NCBI GenBank assembly: GCA_963524145.1
Contig: CAURDO010000005.1
Location: 20,289 to 84,288, forward strand
Direction of reading: 5' to 3'
Length of the DNA: 64,000 nt
Source: an uncultured Candidatus Saccharibacteria bacterium
Lineage (GTDB): Bacteria > Patescibacteriota > Saccharimonadia > Saccharimonadales > Saccharimonadaceae
The position numbers and the translations under genes are program-made. The notes under the pieces are model-generated. The model saw nothing but the letters and a program-made list of their open reading frames with translations. It had not been told where the DNA came from and did no database searches. This document shows, piece by piece, positions 15,925 to 25,050 of the stretch (within the stretch, counting starts at the first letter, position 1; each line of letters begins with the position of its first letter).

Positions 15925-16689
15925 ATGACAAAAATCATTGCGGTGACAAATCAAAAAGGTGGCGTCGGCAAAACAACGACTTCAATTAACGTGGCATATT
16001 TTTTAGCAAAGGCTGGCAAGAAAACCTTATTGGTTGACTTTGATCCGCAAGGGAATGCCACTAGTGGACTTGGTATTGATAAACAGAGCTTAGGTGCGAC
16101 AATGTCTGAAGTGGTTATGCAGCAAATTGATCTGGCGAATATTGTTCTGCCGACAGAATATAAAAATCTATCAATTGCACCGGCGACTCCACATTTGGCT
16201 AATACAGAAGTCGAGTTGGCTCAGGCAGAAGGGCGTTTTATTCGGTTGCGCGAGGCTCTACGGAAAGCGACAGAGTATGACTATATTATTATTGATAGTC
16301 CACCAAGTTTGAGTTTGTTGACGGTTAATGGCATGGTTGCGGCTAATTATGTACTGCTGCCAGTTCAAGCAGAGTTTTACGCTCTAGAAGGTCTGGGTCA
16401 GCTACTCGAAAGCATGAAACTGATTAAAAAAGGCCTTAATCCACCGCTGGAGTTACTGGGAGTTCTAGCGACGATGATGGATTCTAGGACAACTTTATCT
16501 GGGCAGGTTCACGCTGAAATTAAAAAATATTTCCCAGATAAAATATTTAAGAGCAGCATCCCGCGGAATATTCGTTTGGCTGAGGCGCCAAGTCACGGTG
16601 CGCCAGTGGGGGCGTATGATCGGTTTTCAAAAGGTTCTCGGGCCTATAAAGCATTAGCAAAGGAAATTATAGAGAGGGTCGAGCGGTGA
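15925..16689 (+). CDS. parA: Chromosome partitioning ATPase ParA/Soj
   Basis: Deviant Walker A NQKGGVGKTTT, plus IIIDSPPSL. Confidence 0.9.
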   Translation: MTKIIAVTNQKGGVGKTTTSINVAYFLAKAGKKTLLVDFDPQGNATSGLGIDKQSLGATMSEVVMQQIDLANIVLPTEYKNLSIAPATPHLANTEVELAQAEGRFIRLREALRKATEYDYIIIDSPPSLSLLTVNGMVAANYVLLPVQAEFYALEGLGQLLESMKLIKKGLNPPLELLGVLATMMDSRTTLSGQVHAEIKKYFPDKIFKSSIPRNIRLAEAPSHGAPVGAYDRFSKGSRAYKALAKEIIERVER

Positions 16690-17564
16690 AAAAGGGTTTA
16701 GGCAGGGGCTTTGAGTCGTTAATTCCAACTAATTTGATTGATGAGACGTTTGACCCGACAGCGCAGCAGGACGTGAAAGTATCTCGTCTGAGGGATATTG
16801 TAATTGATAAAATTATTCCAGATCCAAATCAGCCGCGGCGGTTTTTTGACGAGACAGCTTTAAGCGAGCTGGCAGAGTCGGTGCGTGAGCATGGTGTAGT
16901 GCAGCCAATTGTGGTGACGCCAAAGGACGGCAAGTACTTAATTGTGGCGGGTGAGCGGCGATGGCGCGCGGCAAAGAGGGCTGATTTAGCAGAGGTGCCG
17001 TGTATAGTCAGAAGTATGAGCGATCAGAATCGGTTGGAGATTTCTCTGATTGAGAATTTGCAACGACACGATTTGAATGCACTAGAAACAGCCACAGCTT
17101 ACCAGAAACTGCGAGATCAATTTAATATGACGTTAGAAGAGATTGGTAAGCGTTTGGGGGGCAAATCTATTAGCGCAGTCAGTAACACATTGAGGCTGTT
17201 GAAGCTCCCAAAAACTGTACAGCAGGCATTATTTGAGGGGCGACTGAATGAGGGTCAGGCTAGGCCGTTGATTGGCTTACCTGAAGATGCGGCAGAGGAT
17301 ATTATGGAGCGGGCGATTCGCGAGGAGTGGTCGGCGCGGCGAATTGAGCAGGTGGTGACGCTATGGAAACAGGCAAAGGCTAGTCCAATTGAAAATAAAC
17401 GTCGTCCAGCGGATATACCGCATGCAGATGTCGTGGAGAGCCTTTCTAAGAGGTTTGGTACCGGTGTGAAGATTCGCACCAATGGTCGCGGAGCTGGTCA
17501 AATTAGCATCAAATTCAAGAATAATCTTGAGTTTGAGCGAATTCGTGATTTGCTAGAGAAATAA
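16686..17564 (+). CDS. parB: Chromosome partitioning protein ParB/Spo0J
   Basis: ParB box GERRWRAA, IENLQR, and an HTH region. The GTG start overlaps the parA stop (GTGA). Confidence 0.9.
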   Translation: MKKGLGRGFESLIPTNLIDETFDPTAQQDVKVSRLRDIVIDKIIPDPNQPRRFFDETALSELAESVREHGVVQPIVVTPKDGKYLIVAGERRWRAAKRADLAEVPCIVRSMSDQNRLEISLIENLQRHDLNALETATAYQKLRDQFNMTLEEIGKRLGGKSISAVSNTLRLLKLPKTVQQALFEGRLNEGQARPLIGLPEDAAEDIMERAIREEWSARRIEQVVTLWKQAKASPIENKRRPADIPHADVVESLSKRFGTGVKIRTNGRGAGQISIKFKNNLEFERIRDLLEK

Positions 17565-17570
17565 AATCTG

Positions 17571-18176
17571 TTAAAACGAGCGAATTTTATTGAATGGGAA
17601 TAGGCGTAGGCTGACTGGACCAACAATATCGTACAGGGGGATTGAACCCATGCAATTTCTTGAGTCGCAGGAATAGCTACCCTGGCGGTGATCGCCCATA
17701 ACAAATATAGTACCAGTGGGTACGGTTGTGTCAACATCACCGGAGGTCGGTTGTCCTGGCTCGTTTTTGTTTACAGAACTATCGGGATTAAAGCCGTTTG
17801 GACTCTCTTTATTGTAAACTGTTACGGTACCATCCTTTACGGTAACACGTTCGCCAGCAAAGGCGATAACTCGCTTAACTATATATTCATCCTTACCGAG
17901 TGAGGCGTTGAAATTGGGATTTTTAAAAACAATAATTTGACCACGGCTTGGGACATAGTTTTTGTTCTGTAATTTTGAGGCAGTAACCGGTAGACGATTA
18001 ACAATTAGGCGATCTCCGGTGTACATTGTTGTTTCCATGCTGGCACCTTCGACGTTGAAAGTTTGGAATACAAATGTGTTCAATAAAATTGTACCAACCA
18101 CTACGCCGACAACGAAAATGACCATTCCCAGGCCATCATGTAACTTCGGATGACGATCCATAAAAGTCGCGTCCAT
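17571..18176 (-). CDS. lepB: Signal peptidase I (S26)
   Basis: GASMETTM (catalytic Ser), VKRVIA (catalytic Lys box), GDHRQGSYSCDSR. Start chosen at 18176 because a minus-strand TATAAT (18184-18189) lies 7 nt upstream. Confidence 0.85.
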   Translation of the reverse strand: MDATFMDRHPKLHDGLGMVIFVVGVVVGTILLNTFVFQTFNVEGASMETTMYTGDRLIVNRLPVTASKLQNKNYVPSRGQIIVFKNPNFNASLGKDEYIVKRVIAFAGERVTVKDGTVTVYNKESPNGFNPDSSVNKNEPGQPTSGDVDTTVPTGTIFVMGDHRQGSYSCDSRNCMGSIPLYDIVGPVSLRLFPFNKIRSF

Positions 18177-18183
18177 TACTTCA

Positions 18184-18209
18184 ATTATAAGCGTTTTGTG
18201 TGCTATAAT
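18184..18209. promoter_or_regulatory. Back-to-back divergent -10 boxes for leaderless lepB (-) and the LCP gene (+)
   Basis: Minus-strand TATAAT = rc of 18184-18189 (7 nt to ATG 18176). Plus-strand TGcTATAAT at 18201-18209 (8 nt to ATG 18218). Confidence 0.6.
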
Positions 18210-18217
18210 CAATAGAT

Positions 18218-19870
18218 ATGAAATCACGCAAACAGTCGATGGACGGTTTTGTCGCCAGACGACCGCAGCGAACTTCGTTGGGGGAAATTTCTAGCAAAAA
18301 AACGACGACAATCGGGCATTTTCGTAGTATTGAAAATAGGCCAGAAGTTCTGAGTAATACCCGCCAAAATACTCGACCATTGGCGTCTGCTAATAATGCG
18401 AATAAATTGAAGCAGAATATTAGCGAATCGTTGGCAGCAATTGATAAAAATGCTAAGCCGTCACACCGGCAAGAGCGCAAGCAAAAGCGTAAGAAGAAGT
18501 TGATTGTGCGGATTGCGCTGGCGGTTGTTGGGATTATTGTGGCTATTGTGGTGGGGTGGTTACTTCTGAAGCTGTGGCAAACTATGAATAGTGTGTTCGG
18601 CAACGGTAATATTTTAGACCTTTTCTCACAACAGAAATTAAAAGAGGATGCTCATGGGCGAAGTAATGTTTTAATCTTAGGGACAACTGACGATGATCCA
18701 GCCCATCCGGGCGCAACACTGACTGACTCGATGATGGTCCTTAGTGTCAATCAGACAAAAAAGGACGCATATATGTTCAGTATTCCTCGTGATCTGTACG
18801 TTAAATTTGGTATGGCTTGTAATTCTGGCTACGCTGGTAAGATTAATGAGTATTTTGGTTGCGTTAACAATGGCGATAACCAGGAGGCGGAGTCTGAGCG
18901 GATGGAAAAAACGAAGAAGTTCATCGGCGATATATTTGGCATGGATATTCAATATGTGGCACATATCAACACGGCGGTAATCCGTGATGCAGTGAATGCA
19001 GTCGGTGGCGTCACAGTTAATGTCCAGAGTCGTGATCCGCGCGGAATCCTTGATCCAAGTATGGACTGGATGTGTCGAGCCAAGGAACTAAATGCGAAGC
19101 AGCGTCGCGAACGTTGTCCAACTGGCCATTATATGCAGTTGACTAATGGCAATCATGATATGGATGGTGAGAAGGCGATGTGGTTCTCTCGGGCACGCGG
19201 TCTGGTGGCGCCAACCTATGGATTGGAACAATCGAACTTTGACCGCGAAAAAAACCAGCAATTGGTACTAATGGCACTGAAGAGTAAGGCGACATCCACT
19301 GGTACGTTAACGGACTTTGGTAAGGTGACTTCACTGATGGACGCTATGGGTAAGAATTTGCGTACAAATATTGATACGAAAGAAATTCGCACAATTATGA
19401 ACTTGGCGTCAGAGATTAAAGAGTCTGATATTCATCGATTGAGTTTTGTGGAAGAGGGCAATAAGTTGATGACGACCGGTTCAGCTGGTGGCGCAAGCAT
19501 AGTTCAGCCGTCGGCGGGATTACATAACTATAGTGAGATTCGCTCATATATTAAGGATGAAATTTACGCAACGCCACTATCGAAGGAAAAAGCAACGATT
19601 GCCGTCTTAAATGGCAGTGGTGTAAGTGGTGCTGCTCAGAAAGAGGCAGATAAATTGATGGAGATGGGCTTAAAAGTTGTTCATGTTGGTAATGCTCCAG
19701 GTAATGAAAAAGTAACAAAAACTAGTGTTTATCAATTGCCGGCTGGTAAAGAAAAATCTGCCACAAAGGCAAAGTTTGAGGAGTTATATGGTTCGGTTTC
19801 ATTAGATTCATCAAAGTATAATTTAAATGTTGATGCGCAATTTATCGTCGTGGTGGGATCTGGTTCGTAG
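18218..19870 (+). CDS. LytR-CpsA-Psr (LCP) family cell-wall polymer transferase with a LytR_C-like C-terminal domain
   Basis: Basic cytoplasmic tail, one TM helix, NVLILGTTDDD...TLTDSMMVLSVN...FSIPRDLYV. C-terminal ATIAVLNGSGVSGAAQKEADKL. Confidence 0.85.
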   Translation: MKSRKQSMDGFVARRPQRTSLGEISSKKTTTIGHFRSIENRPEVLSNTRQNTRPLASANNANKLKQNISESLAAIDKNAKPSHRQERKQKRKKKLIVRIALAVVGIIVAIVVGWLLLKLWQTMNSVFGNGNILDLFSQQKLKEDAHGRSNVLILGTTDDDPAHPGATLTDSMMVLSVNQTKKDAYMFSIPRDLYVKFGMACNSGYAGKINEYFGCVNNGDNQEAESERMEKTKKFIGDIFGMDIQYVAHINTAVIRDAVNAVGGVTVNVQSRDPRGILDPSMDWMCRAKELNAKQRRERCPTGHYMQLTNGNHDMDGEKAMWFSRARGLVAPTYGLEQSNFDREKNQQLVLMALKSKATSTGTLTDFGKVTSLMDAMGKNLRTNIDTKEIRTIMNLASEIKESDIHRLSFVEEGNKLMTTGSAGGASIVQPSAGLHNYSEIRSYIKDEIYATPLSKEKATIAVLNGSGVSGAAQKEADKLMEMGLKVVHVGNAPGNEKVTKTSVYQLPAGKEKSATKAKFEELYGSVSLDSSKYNLNVDAQFIVVVGSGS

Positions 19871-19891
19871 TTTGGTATAATAGAGGAAGCT

Positions 19892-20656
19892 ATGGAGTTG
19901 CTGAAAACAGTTAAACGAAGAACATTTTGGAGTGAGTTGGTTTATTACAGCTTGAATATTGGTCTGGCGGCGGTGTTGTTGGCTATTGCTCAAACGATTC
20001 AATCTCCGTATCCAGCATTAGCGTTGGTTGTTTTAAGCAAATGGCGCATTATCGCTGTAAGGCCGCGTTTTTGGTGGGCAAACATTCAAGCAAACTTGGT
20101 AGACCTGACTGTTGGCATTGGTGTTGTCGGATTGATGTATTTATCGGTTTCAAGTTTGTATTTCCGGATAGGATTGGCGGTATTTTACGCCATCTGGCTA
20201 ACGGTTATTAAGCCAATGTCTAAGCGTTGGCAAGTCGCTTTGCAATCGGCTGTGGCTATTTTTATAGGCGTAACTGCGTTGATGGCAGTGTCGTATGATT
20301 GGCCTATCTTGGCTGTCGTTCCTTTGATGTTCTTGATGGGTTATAGTGTCGCTCGTCATTTTTTGCATAGTTATGATGAAGAGCAAACAGTGCTGTTTGC
20401 CGCAATTTGGGGAATTATTTTTGCCGAAATGGGGTGGTTGGCATATTATTGGACGTTTAGTTATGGTCGATTGTTGTTTGGCGGTATTCCGCAGATTACC
20501 ATTATTTTACTCTTACTGTCTCTAAGCGCTAGTAAGGCATACCAATCATATAAAAAGCATGATTCTATTCGCTTCTCGGACATATCTGGCCCAGTGGCTC
20601 TGACAATTGCAACAACTGTGGTGATGCTTGTATTTCTCAATTCGGTAGTGATTTAA
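19892..20656 (+). CDS. Hypothetical multi-pass membrane protein
   Basis: At least six hydrophobic helices. No recognisable family. Confidence 0.55.
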   Translation: MELLKTVKRRTFWSELVYYSLNIGLAAVLLAIAQTIQSPYPALALVVLSKWRIIAVRPRFWWANIQANLVDLTVGIGVVGLMYLSVSSLYFRIGLAVFYAIWLTVIKPMSKRWQVALQSAVAIFIGVTALMAVSYDWPILAVVPLMFLMGYSVARHFLHSYDEEQTVLFAAIWGIIFAEMGWLAYYWTFSYGRLLFGGIPQITIILLLLSLSASKAYQSYKKHDSIRFSDISGPVALTIATTVVMLVFLNSVVI

Positions 20657-20675
20657 TCTTTAGATAGGAGGTTTT

Positions 20676-21797
20676 ATGGGTGTTTCTGGTCAGCAGAAGA
20701 GAGTGGGGTGTTGGCTAATCAGCGGATTTGTTGGAGTCGTCACGCTTTTGGGTGTGATTTTATTAACGAGCTGGGTGACACTTCAATTGTCTGGTCATTC
20801 CTCGCAATCTCCAAGACCTGATGGCAATTTAATGGCGACGGGCGAAGGTGATGTTTCGAGGGTTGTCGCTAAAGTTTCGCCTAGTGTCGTCTCTATACTG
20901 ACTACTAAGGAGGGGACTTATTCTGATAAGATGGGTGCTGGAACAGGGGTAATTGTTAGTTCTGATGGTTATATTTTAACAAATAAGCACGTGGTGAGAG
21001 ACGCACGAAGAGTCAGGGTTGTTACGAGTAATGGAGACCAATTCACGAATATCACATTTGTTGGCGCTGACCCGCTTAATGACATTGCGTTTCTGAAAAT
21101 TAATGGGGCTTCGAATCTGCCAGTGGCGGAGCTGGGTAACTCCGGGACGGTGAAGGTTGGGCAGCGGGTTGTTGCTATTGGTAACTCATTAGGTCAATAT
21201 CAAAACACAGCTTCCAGTGGAATTGTCTCCGGTAAAGGTAGACCGGTCGCTGCTACATCTGATAGAAGCGGTCTGAAAACCGAAAGTCTAACTGATTTAT
21301 TGCAAACTGATGCGCCAATTAACCTCGGTAATTCTGGCGGTCCGCTGATTAATATGGCGGGACAAGTTATTGGCATAAATACTGCTATCGCTTCCGATGC
21401 TCAGAGTATTGGCTTTGCAATTCCGGTTAATGCTGTGAAAGGTATGACCAGAAGTGTCATGGCAGGTAAAGGCGTCCAAAAGGCCTATCTGGGAGTACGC
21501 TATGTAGCTATTACGCCGGATATTCAAGCTGAGTATGACTTACCGGTAAAATCTGGTGCTTATGTTGACAGAAAATCTGACTCTGCCATAGAGAAGGGTG
21601 GACCAGCGGATGTGGCTGGTGTGAAAAAGGGCGATATCATCACGAAGGTAAATGACAAGAAAGTTGGCGAAGATGGTGGATTATCGACATTAGTGTCGGA
21701 GTTTCTGCCGGGAGAAACGGTCCGTATATCGGTGTTGCGAGATAATAAAGAGCTGACTTTAGAACTAACTCTTAGCGCGTATCAGGCGCAAAACTAG
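20676..21797 (+). CDS. htrA: HtrA/DegP-family serine protease (S1C) with a PDZ domain
   Basis: TNKHV (His), DIAFLK (Asp), GNSGGPL (Ser), and a C-terminal PDZ (GDIITKVNDKKV). SD aggagg upstream. Confidence 0.9.
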   Translation: MGVSGQQKRVGCWLISGFVGVVTLLGVILLTSWVTLQLSGHSSQSPRPDGNLMATGEGDVSRVVAKVSPSVVSILTTKEGTYSDKMGAGTGVIVSSDGYILTNKHVVRDARRVRVVTSNGDQFTNITFVGADPLNDIAFLKINGASNLPVAELGNSGTVKVGQRVVAIGNSLGQYQNTASSGIVSGKGRPVAATSDRSGLKTESLTDLLQTDAPINLGNSGGPLINMAGQVIGINTAIASDAQSIGFAIPVNAVKGMTRSVMAGKGVQKAYLGVRYVAITPDIQAEYDLPVKSGAYVDRKSDSAIEKGGPADVAGVKKGDIITKVNDKKVGEDGGLSTLVSEFLPGETVRISVLRDNKELTLELTLSAYQAQN

Positions 21798-22589
21798 GAT
21801 GTAATTAAGGGATTTTTCTTTTTGGAGACCGCTTTTTCGGGCTTCGTTAAGAATTCTGTTGTGCTGTTGGGGGTCGGCTTCAATGAACAATAGTCCTCCT
21901 GCGGTAAGACAGCGCGGTGTCTGCGAGATTAATTCTAATATGACTCTCAACCCCTCATTTTCGGCAAAAAGCGCAATTTCTGGCTCATATTGGAGTTCTG
22001 GCGATACATCCCAATCTCTGTCAACATAGGGCAAGTTGGCAAAAATATAATCAACAGGCTCCAGCTGGCCATTTAACAAAGATTGATGTTGAGTGGTGAC
22101 ATCTGCGTTTAATCTGTCAGCATTTTTTTCAGCAATTTTCAGGGCTGGCCTGCTGATGTCCGATAGAATTACTGACAGGTTATCTCGCTCTAATTTGGCG
22201 GTAATTCCCAGGCAGCCAGATCCAGTCCCAACGTCGATAAGTGTTTTTTTGGTGATTTCACCGGCAGTCATCTCAAGAAATAATGAAATAATGTCTTCTG
22301 ATTCTGGGCGGGGAATTAGGACAGATGGTGATACAGCGAACCTACGGCCGTAAAACTCCTTATAGCCCAGAATATAGGCAATTGGTACGCGATCTAACCG
22401 TAAGTCCAGCCTGGCATTTGCGATATCAAGCCGTCTGGGATCAATCTCCTCGTCCAGATGAGTGTGTAAGTATGTGCGGTTTTTTCGTAAAGTATTGGCT
22501 AAGATCAACTCTGTGTCCAGTCGCGGTAAGGGAATGCTGGCTACTTTTAGGGATTTAGTGGCGATTTTTAGCCAATCAGATATAGTCAT
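21765..22589 (-). CDS. prmC: Release-factor glutamine methyltransferase PrmC/HemK
   Basis: SAM motif LIDVGTGSGCLGI. Substrate motif reads FANLPYV (NLPY rather than NPPY). Lies downstream of prfA. Confidence 0.85.
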   Translation of the reverse strand: MTISDWLKIATKSLKVASIPLPRLDTELILANTLRKNRTYLHTHLDEEIDPRRLDIANARLDLRLDRVPIAYILGYKEFYGRRFAVSPSVLIPRPESEDIISLFLEMTAGEITKKTLIDVGTGSGCLGITAKLERDNLSVILSDISRPALKIAEKNADRLNADVTTQHQSLLNGQLEPVDYIFANLPYVDRDWDVSPELQYEPEIALFAENEGLRVILELISQTPRCLTAGGLLFIEADPQQHNRILNEARKSGLQKEKSLNYILVLRLIRAKS

Positions 22590-22638
22590 GTTGTTAATTA
22601 TACTACATATTTGAGGCTATATAGTGTATTAGTCCGTA

Positions 22639-23709
22639 CTAGCTACCGGCTTTCTTTGCCTTCAGCTCCCGCTCATACCGCTGCAATTGCTCGATCAAAT
22701 CGTCAATATCCCCGTTCATCGCCGCGGGGATATTGCTGCGGCTATAACGGATACGGTGGTCGGTGATGCGGTCTTGCGGGAAGTTATAGGTGCGAATCTT
22801 CTCTGAGCGGTCGCCAGTGCCGACTAATGAGCGTCGTTCAGCGCTTAATTTGGCGTTTTCTTCGTCAATTTTCATCTGCAGCAGCCGCGACCGCAGCACG
22901 CTCATGGCTTTTTCGCGGTTTTTGATCTGCGACTTCTCGTCTTGGTTGGTAACCATGATGCCAGTTGGCAGGTGAGTAATGCGTACTGCCGAGTCGGTGG
23001 TGTTGACGCTCTGGCCGCCATGGCCGCTGGAGCGGTAAATATCGACGCGCAGGTCGTTCGGGTTGATTTCAACATCAGTTTCTTCGGCTTCGGGTAAGAC
23101 GGCGACAGTGGCGGTGCTGGTATGAATACGGCCTTGACTTTCAGTGACTGGGACGCGCTGGACGCGGTGGACGCCGCCTTCAAATTTCAATTTGGCATAT
23201 GGCGCGTCGCCCTTAACCATGAAAATGACTTCTTTGTAGCCGCCAGAATCGTTAGCGGACTCGCTAATTAGTTCGGTTTTATAACCGTTGGCTTCGCACC
23301 AGCGCAAGTACATGCGGTATAACTCCGCTGCAAACAATGACGCTTCGTCGCCGCCAGCACCAGCGCGGATTTCCATGATGATATTTTTCTCGTCGTTCGG
23401 GTCTTTGGGCGTTAGTAATATGAATAACTTATCGTCGAGTTCGGCGATTTTAGCTTCGTCCTCGGGAATCTCTGCTTTGGCTAGTTCGGCTAATTCATCG
23501 TTGCCCTGGGCTAGATTTTTTGCCTCCGCTAGCTGCTTTTCGATAGTATCGCGTTCGCTAGCGGTAGTAATAATGGTTTCTAACTCGGCGAAACGTTTGT
23601 TCTTGGTAGTAAAATCTGGCGAGCTGTAAGCGTCGGGACTTGCTAAAAAATCGCCGAGGCGAGCGCGTTCGGCTTTCAAGGCGTCTAAATCGAGAGAAAT
23701 CTTTGCCAT
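22639..23709 (-). CDS. prfA: Peptide chain release factor 1
   Basis: PVT tripeptide ([14 protein letters not shown]) and [23 protein letters not shown]. Start set at MAKISLD (23709), 9 nt downstream of a minus-strand TGcTATACT. Confidence 0.93.
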   Translation of the reverse strand: MAKISLDLDALKAERARLGDFLASPDAYSSPDFTTKNKRFAELETIITTASERDTIEKQLAEAKNLAQGNDELAELAKAEIPEDEAKIAELDDKLFILLTPKDPNDEKNIIMEIRAGAGGDEASLFAAELYRMYLRWCEANGYKTELISESANDSGGYKEVIFMVKGDAPYAKLKFEGGVHRVQRVPVTESQGRIHTSTATVAVLPEAEETDVEINPNDLRVDIYRSSGHGGQSVNTTDSAVRITHLPTGIMVTNQDEKSQIKNREKAMSVLRSRLLQMKIDEENAKLSAERRSLVGTGDRSEKIRTYNFPQDRITDHRIRYSRSNIPAAMNGDIDDLIEQLQRYERELKAKKAGS

Positions 23710-23768
23710 ATCTGTAATAGTATAGCACATATTGACAAATAATAATTTTTAGTGTATCGTATAGAAAT

Positions 23769-24488
23769 ATGAGTGAACTACGTTCTCCTTCAGGCAAGCT
23801 TCCAGAAATAGGCAGAGAGACTAGCACGATAGAGGGTCTATCGGATATACCGTTAGTACCTATATCTCCTCTTGTGATGACTGGCAAGTTTCCTGATGGT
23901 TTGTCTCTGGATCCAGGCGAGAGGATTGTAGTGGATGTTCTTGAGGTTTATGGCAAGAATGAATCTGGTAAATTTACAGTAGGGATCCGTCAGCCTGACT
24001 CAGAAATTACTACAGAGGACGAAGGTTCACGTCCAGAGATGTGTTATATAAAAGAACTAATGGATGATGCAAAATTCATGGGGCCGCTCGCTTACAACTG
24101 TATTGCTCGACAGCGTCACCTAAAAACAATAGACCCTTTCAATGCACAGCCTAGGCATATGGAGGGCATACAGAATATTATGGGTATGTGCTTAGGTGTG
24201 GGGGGATCTTTTGATAGTATAGATAGTAAATTTGGCAGTGTATTATCAAAAGGCAAAGAGCTGGAAGATATGGATTCCGTCGTTGGACGCATATCAGAGA
24301 TCGGTCACTATTCTGTAGTAACTGTTTCTGGTGGTTATAAGTTAATAATATTAACTGATGCTGCTGGAAATCGAGTAGGTATGCAATATTCTCCAGAAAA
24401 AGAACGTGTATTGAGTGAACTATTTAATTATGAAGAATCCAAAAAGCCACTTTTCAATGTAGAAGAATATATTAAAGAAAATGAGTAA
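23769..24488 (+). CDS. Hypothetical protein (239 aa, no recognisable family)
   Basis: Long ORF. Upstream TTGACA (23732-23737)-17-TATCGT (23755-23760) lies 8 nt before the ATG. Followed by a strong bidirectional terminator. Confidence 0.6.
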   Translation: MSELRSPSGKLPEIGRETSTIEGLSDIPLVPISPLVMTGKFPDGLSLDPGERIVVDVLEVYGKNESGKFTVGIRQPDSEITTEDEGSRPEMCYIKELMDDAKFMGPLAYNCIARQRHLKTIDPFNAQPRHMEGIQNIMGMCLGVGGSFDSIDSKFGSVLSKGKELEDMDSVVGRISEIGHYSVVTVSGGYKLIILTDAAGNRVGMQYSPEKERVLSELFNYEESKKPLFNVEEYIKENE

Positions 24489-24523
24489 ATCAAAACCGCC
24501 TCGTTAAAGAGGCGGTTTTGATT
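24488..24523. terminator. Bidirectional rho-independent terminator between the convergent hypothetical gene and rpmE
   Basis: aatcaaaaccgcctc (24488-24502) / gaggcggttttgatt (24509-24523), a perfect 15-bp stem with loop gttaaa. A/T runs on both sides. Confidence 0.85.
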
Positions 24524-24551
24524 TAAGACATAGAATCCTACTGTTTACTAG

Positions 24552-24899
24552 CTACTTTTTAGCCTTTTTGTCTGATTTTGGAGTATCAGTCTTTGTGGCC
24601 TTGTTGGCATTGGCTTTCTTAGCTTTATTTGCCAAGGCTGCTCGGCGAGCTTCAGCTGCTGCCTGACGCGCCTTAAAGCGGTCAACACGACCTTCGGTGT
24701 CGATAATCTTTTCTTCACCAGTAAAGAATGGGTGTGAAGCCGACGAAATGTGGACTTTAACGAGAGGGTAGGTGTTACCGTCTTCCCATTTGATGGTGTC
24801 TGTTGTCTGCGCTGTTGACTGAGTCAAGAACGCGAAGCCCGCTTGATCGTCGCTAAATACGACAGGGCGATAGTTCTGTGGGTGAATACTGCTTTTCAT
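24552..24899 (-). CDS. rpmE: 50S ribosomal protein L31, type B (no CxxC), with a Lys/Ala-rich C-terminal extension
   Basis: [15 protein letters not shown]...[23 protein letters not shown]. No zinc-binding cysteines. Tail [22 protein letters not shown]. Confidence 0.9.
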   Translation of the reverse strand: MKSSIHPQNYRPVVFSDDQAGFAFLTQSTAQTTDTIKWEDGNTYPLVKVHISSASHPFFTGEEKIIDTEGRVDRFKARQAAAEARRAALANKAKKANANKATKTDTPKSDKKAKK

Positions 24900-24908
24900 A
24901 ACCGTTCA

Positions 24909-24937
24909 ATTGTACACAATTTACCCCAGAATGTCAA
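24909..24937 (-). promoter_or_regulatory. Sigma70-type promoter for rpmE (TTGACA-17-TACAAT, minus strand)
   Basis: rc of 24932-24937 = TTGACA, 17-nt spacer, rc of 24909-24914 = TACAAT. Only 9 nt to the ATG at 24899. Confidence 0.65.
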
Positions 24938-25050
24938 AAGGAGTTGTCTTGAGTAAGTAACAGTGGTATAATTGCCAAGTAACTAATTTTAACGACACAA
25001 TCCGTTTCGCACTCCATAATCGTGGGCGGATGAGGCAAAAGGAGAAAGAG

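Noticed and set aside
24973-25050. Possible autoregulatory structure in the ~75-nt rpsB leader.
   Set aside because: Only short, imperfect complementarity (CAC/GTG, CCG/CGG) could be found by eye. That is insufficient evidence.
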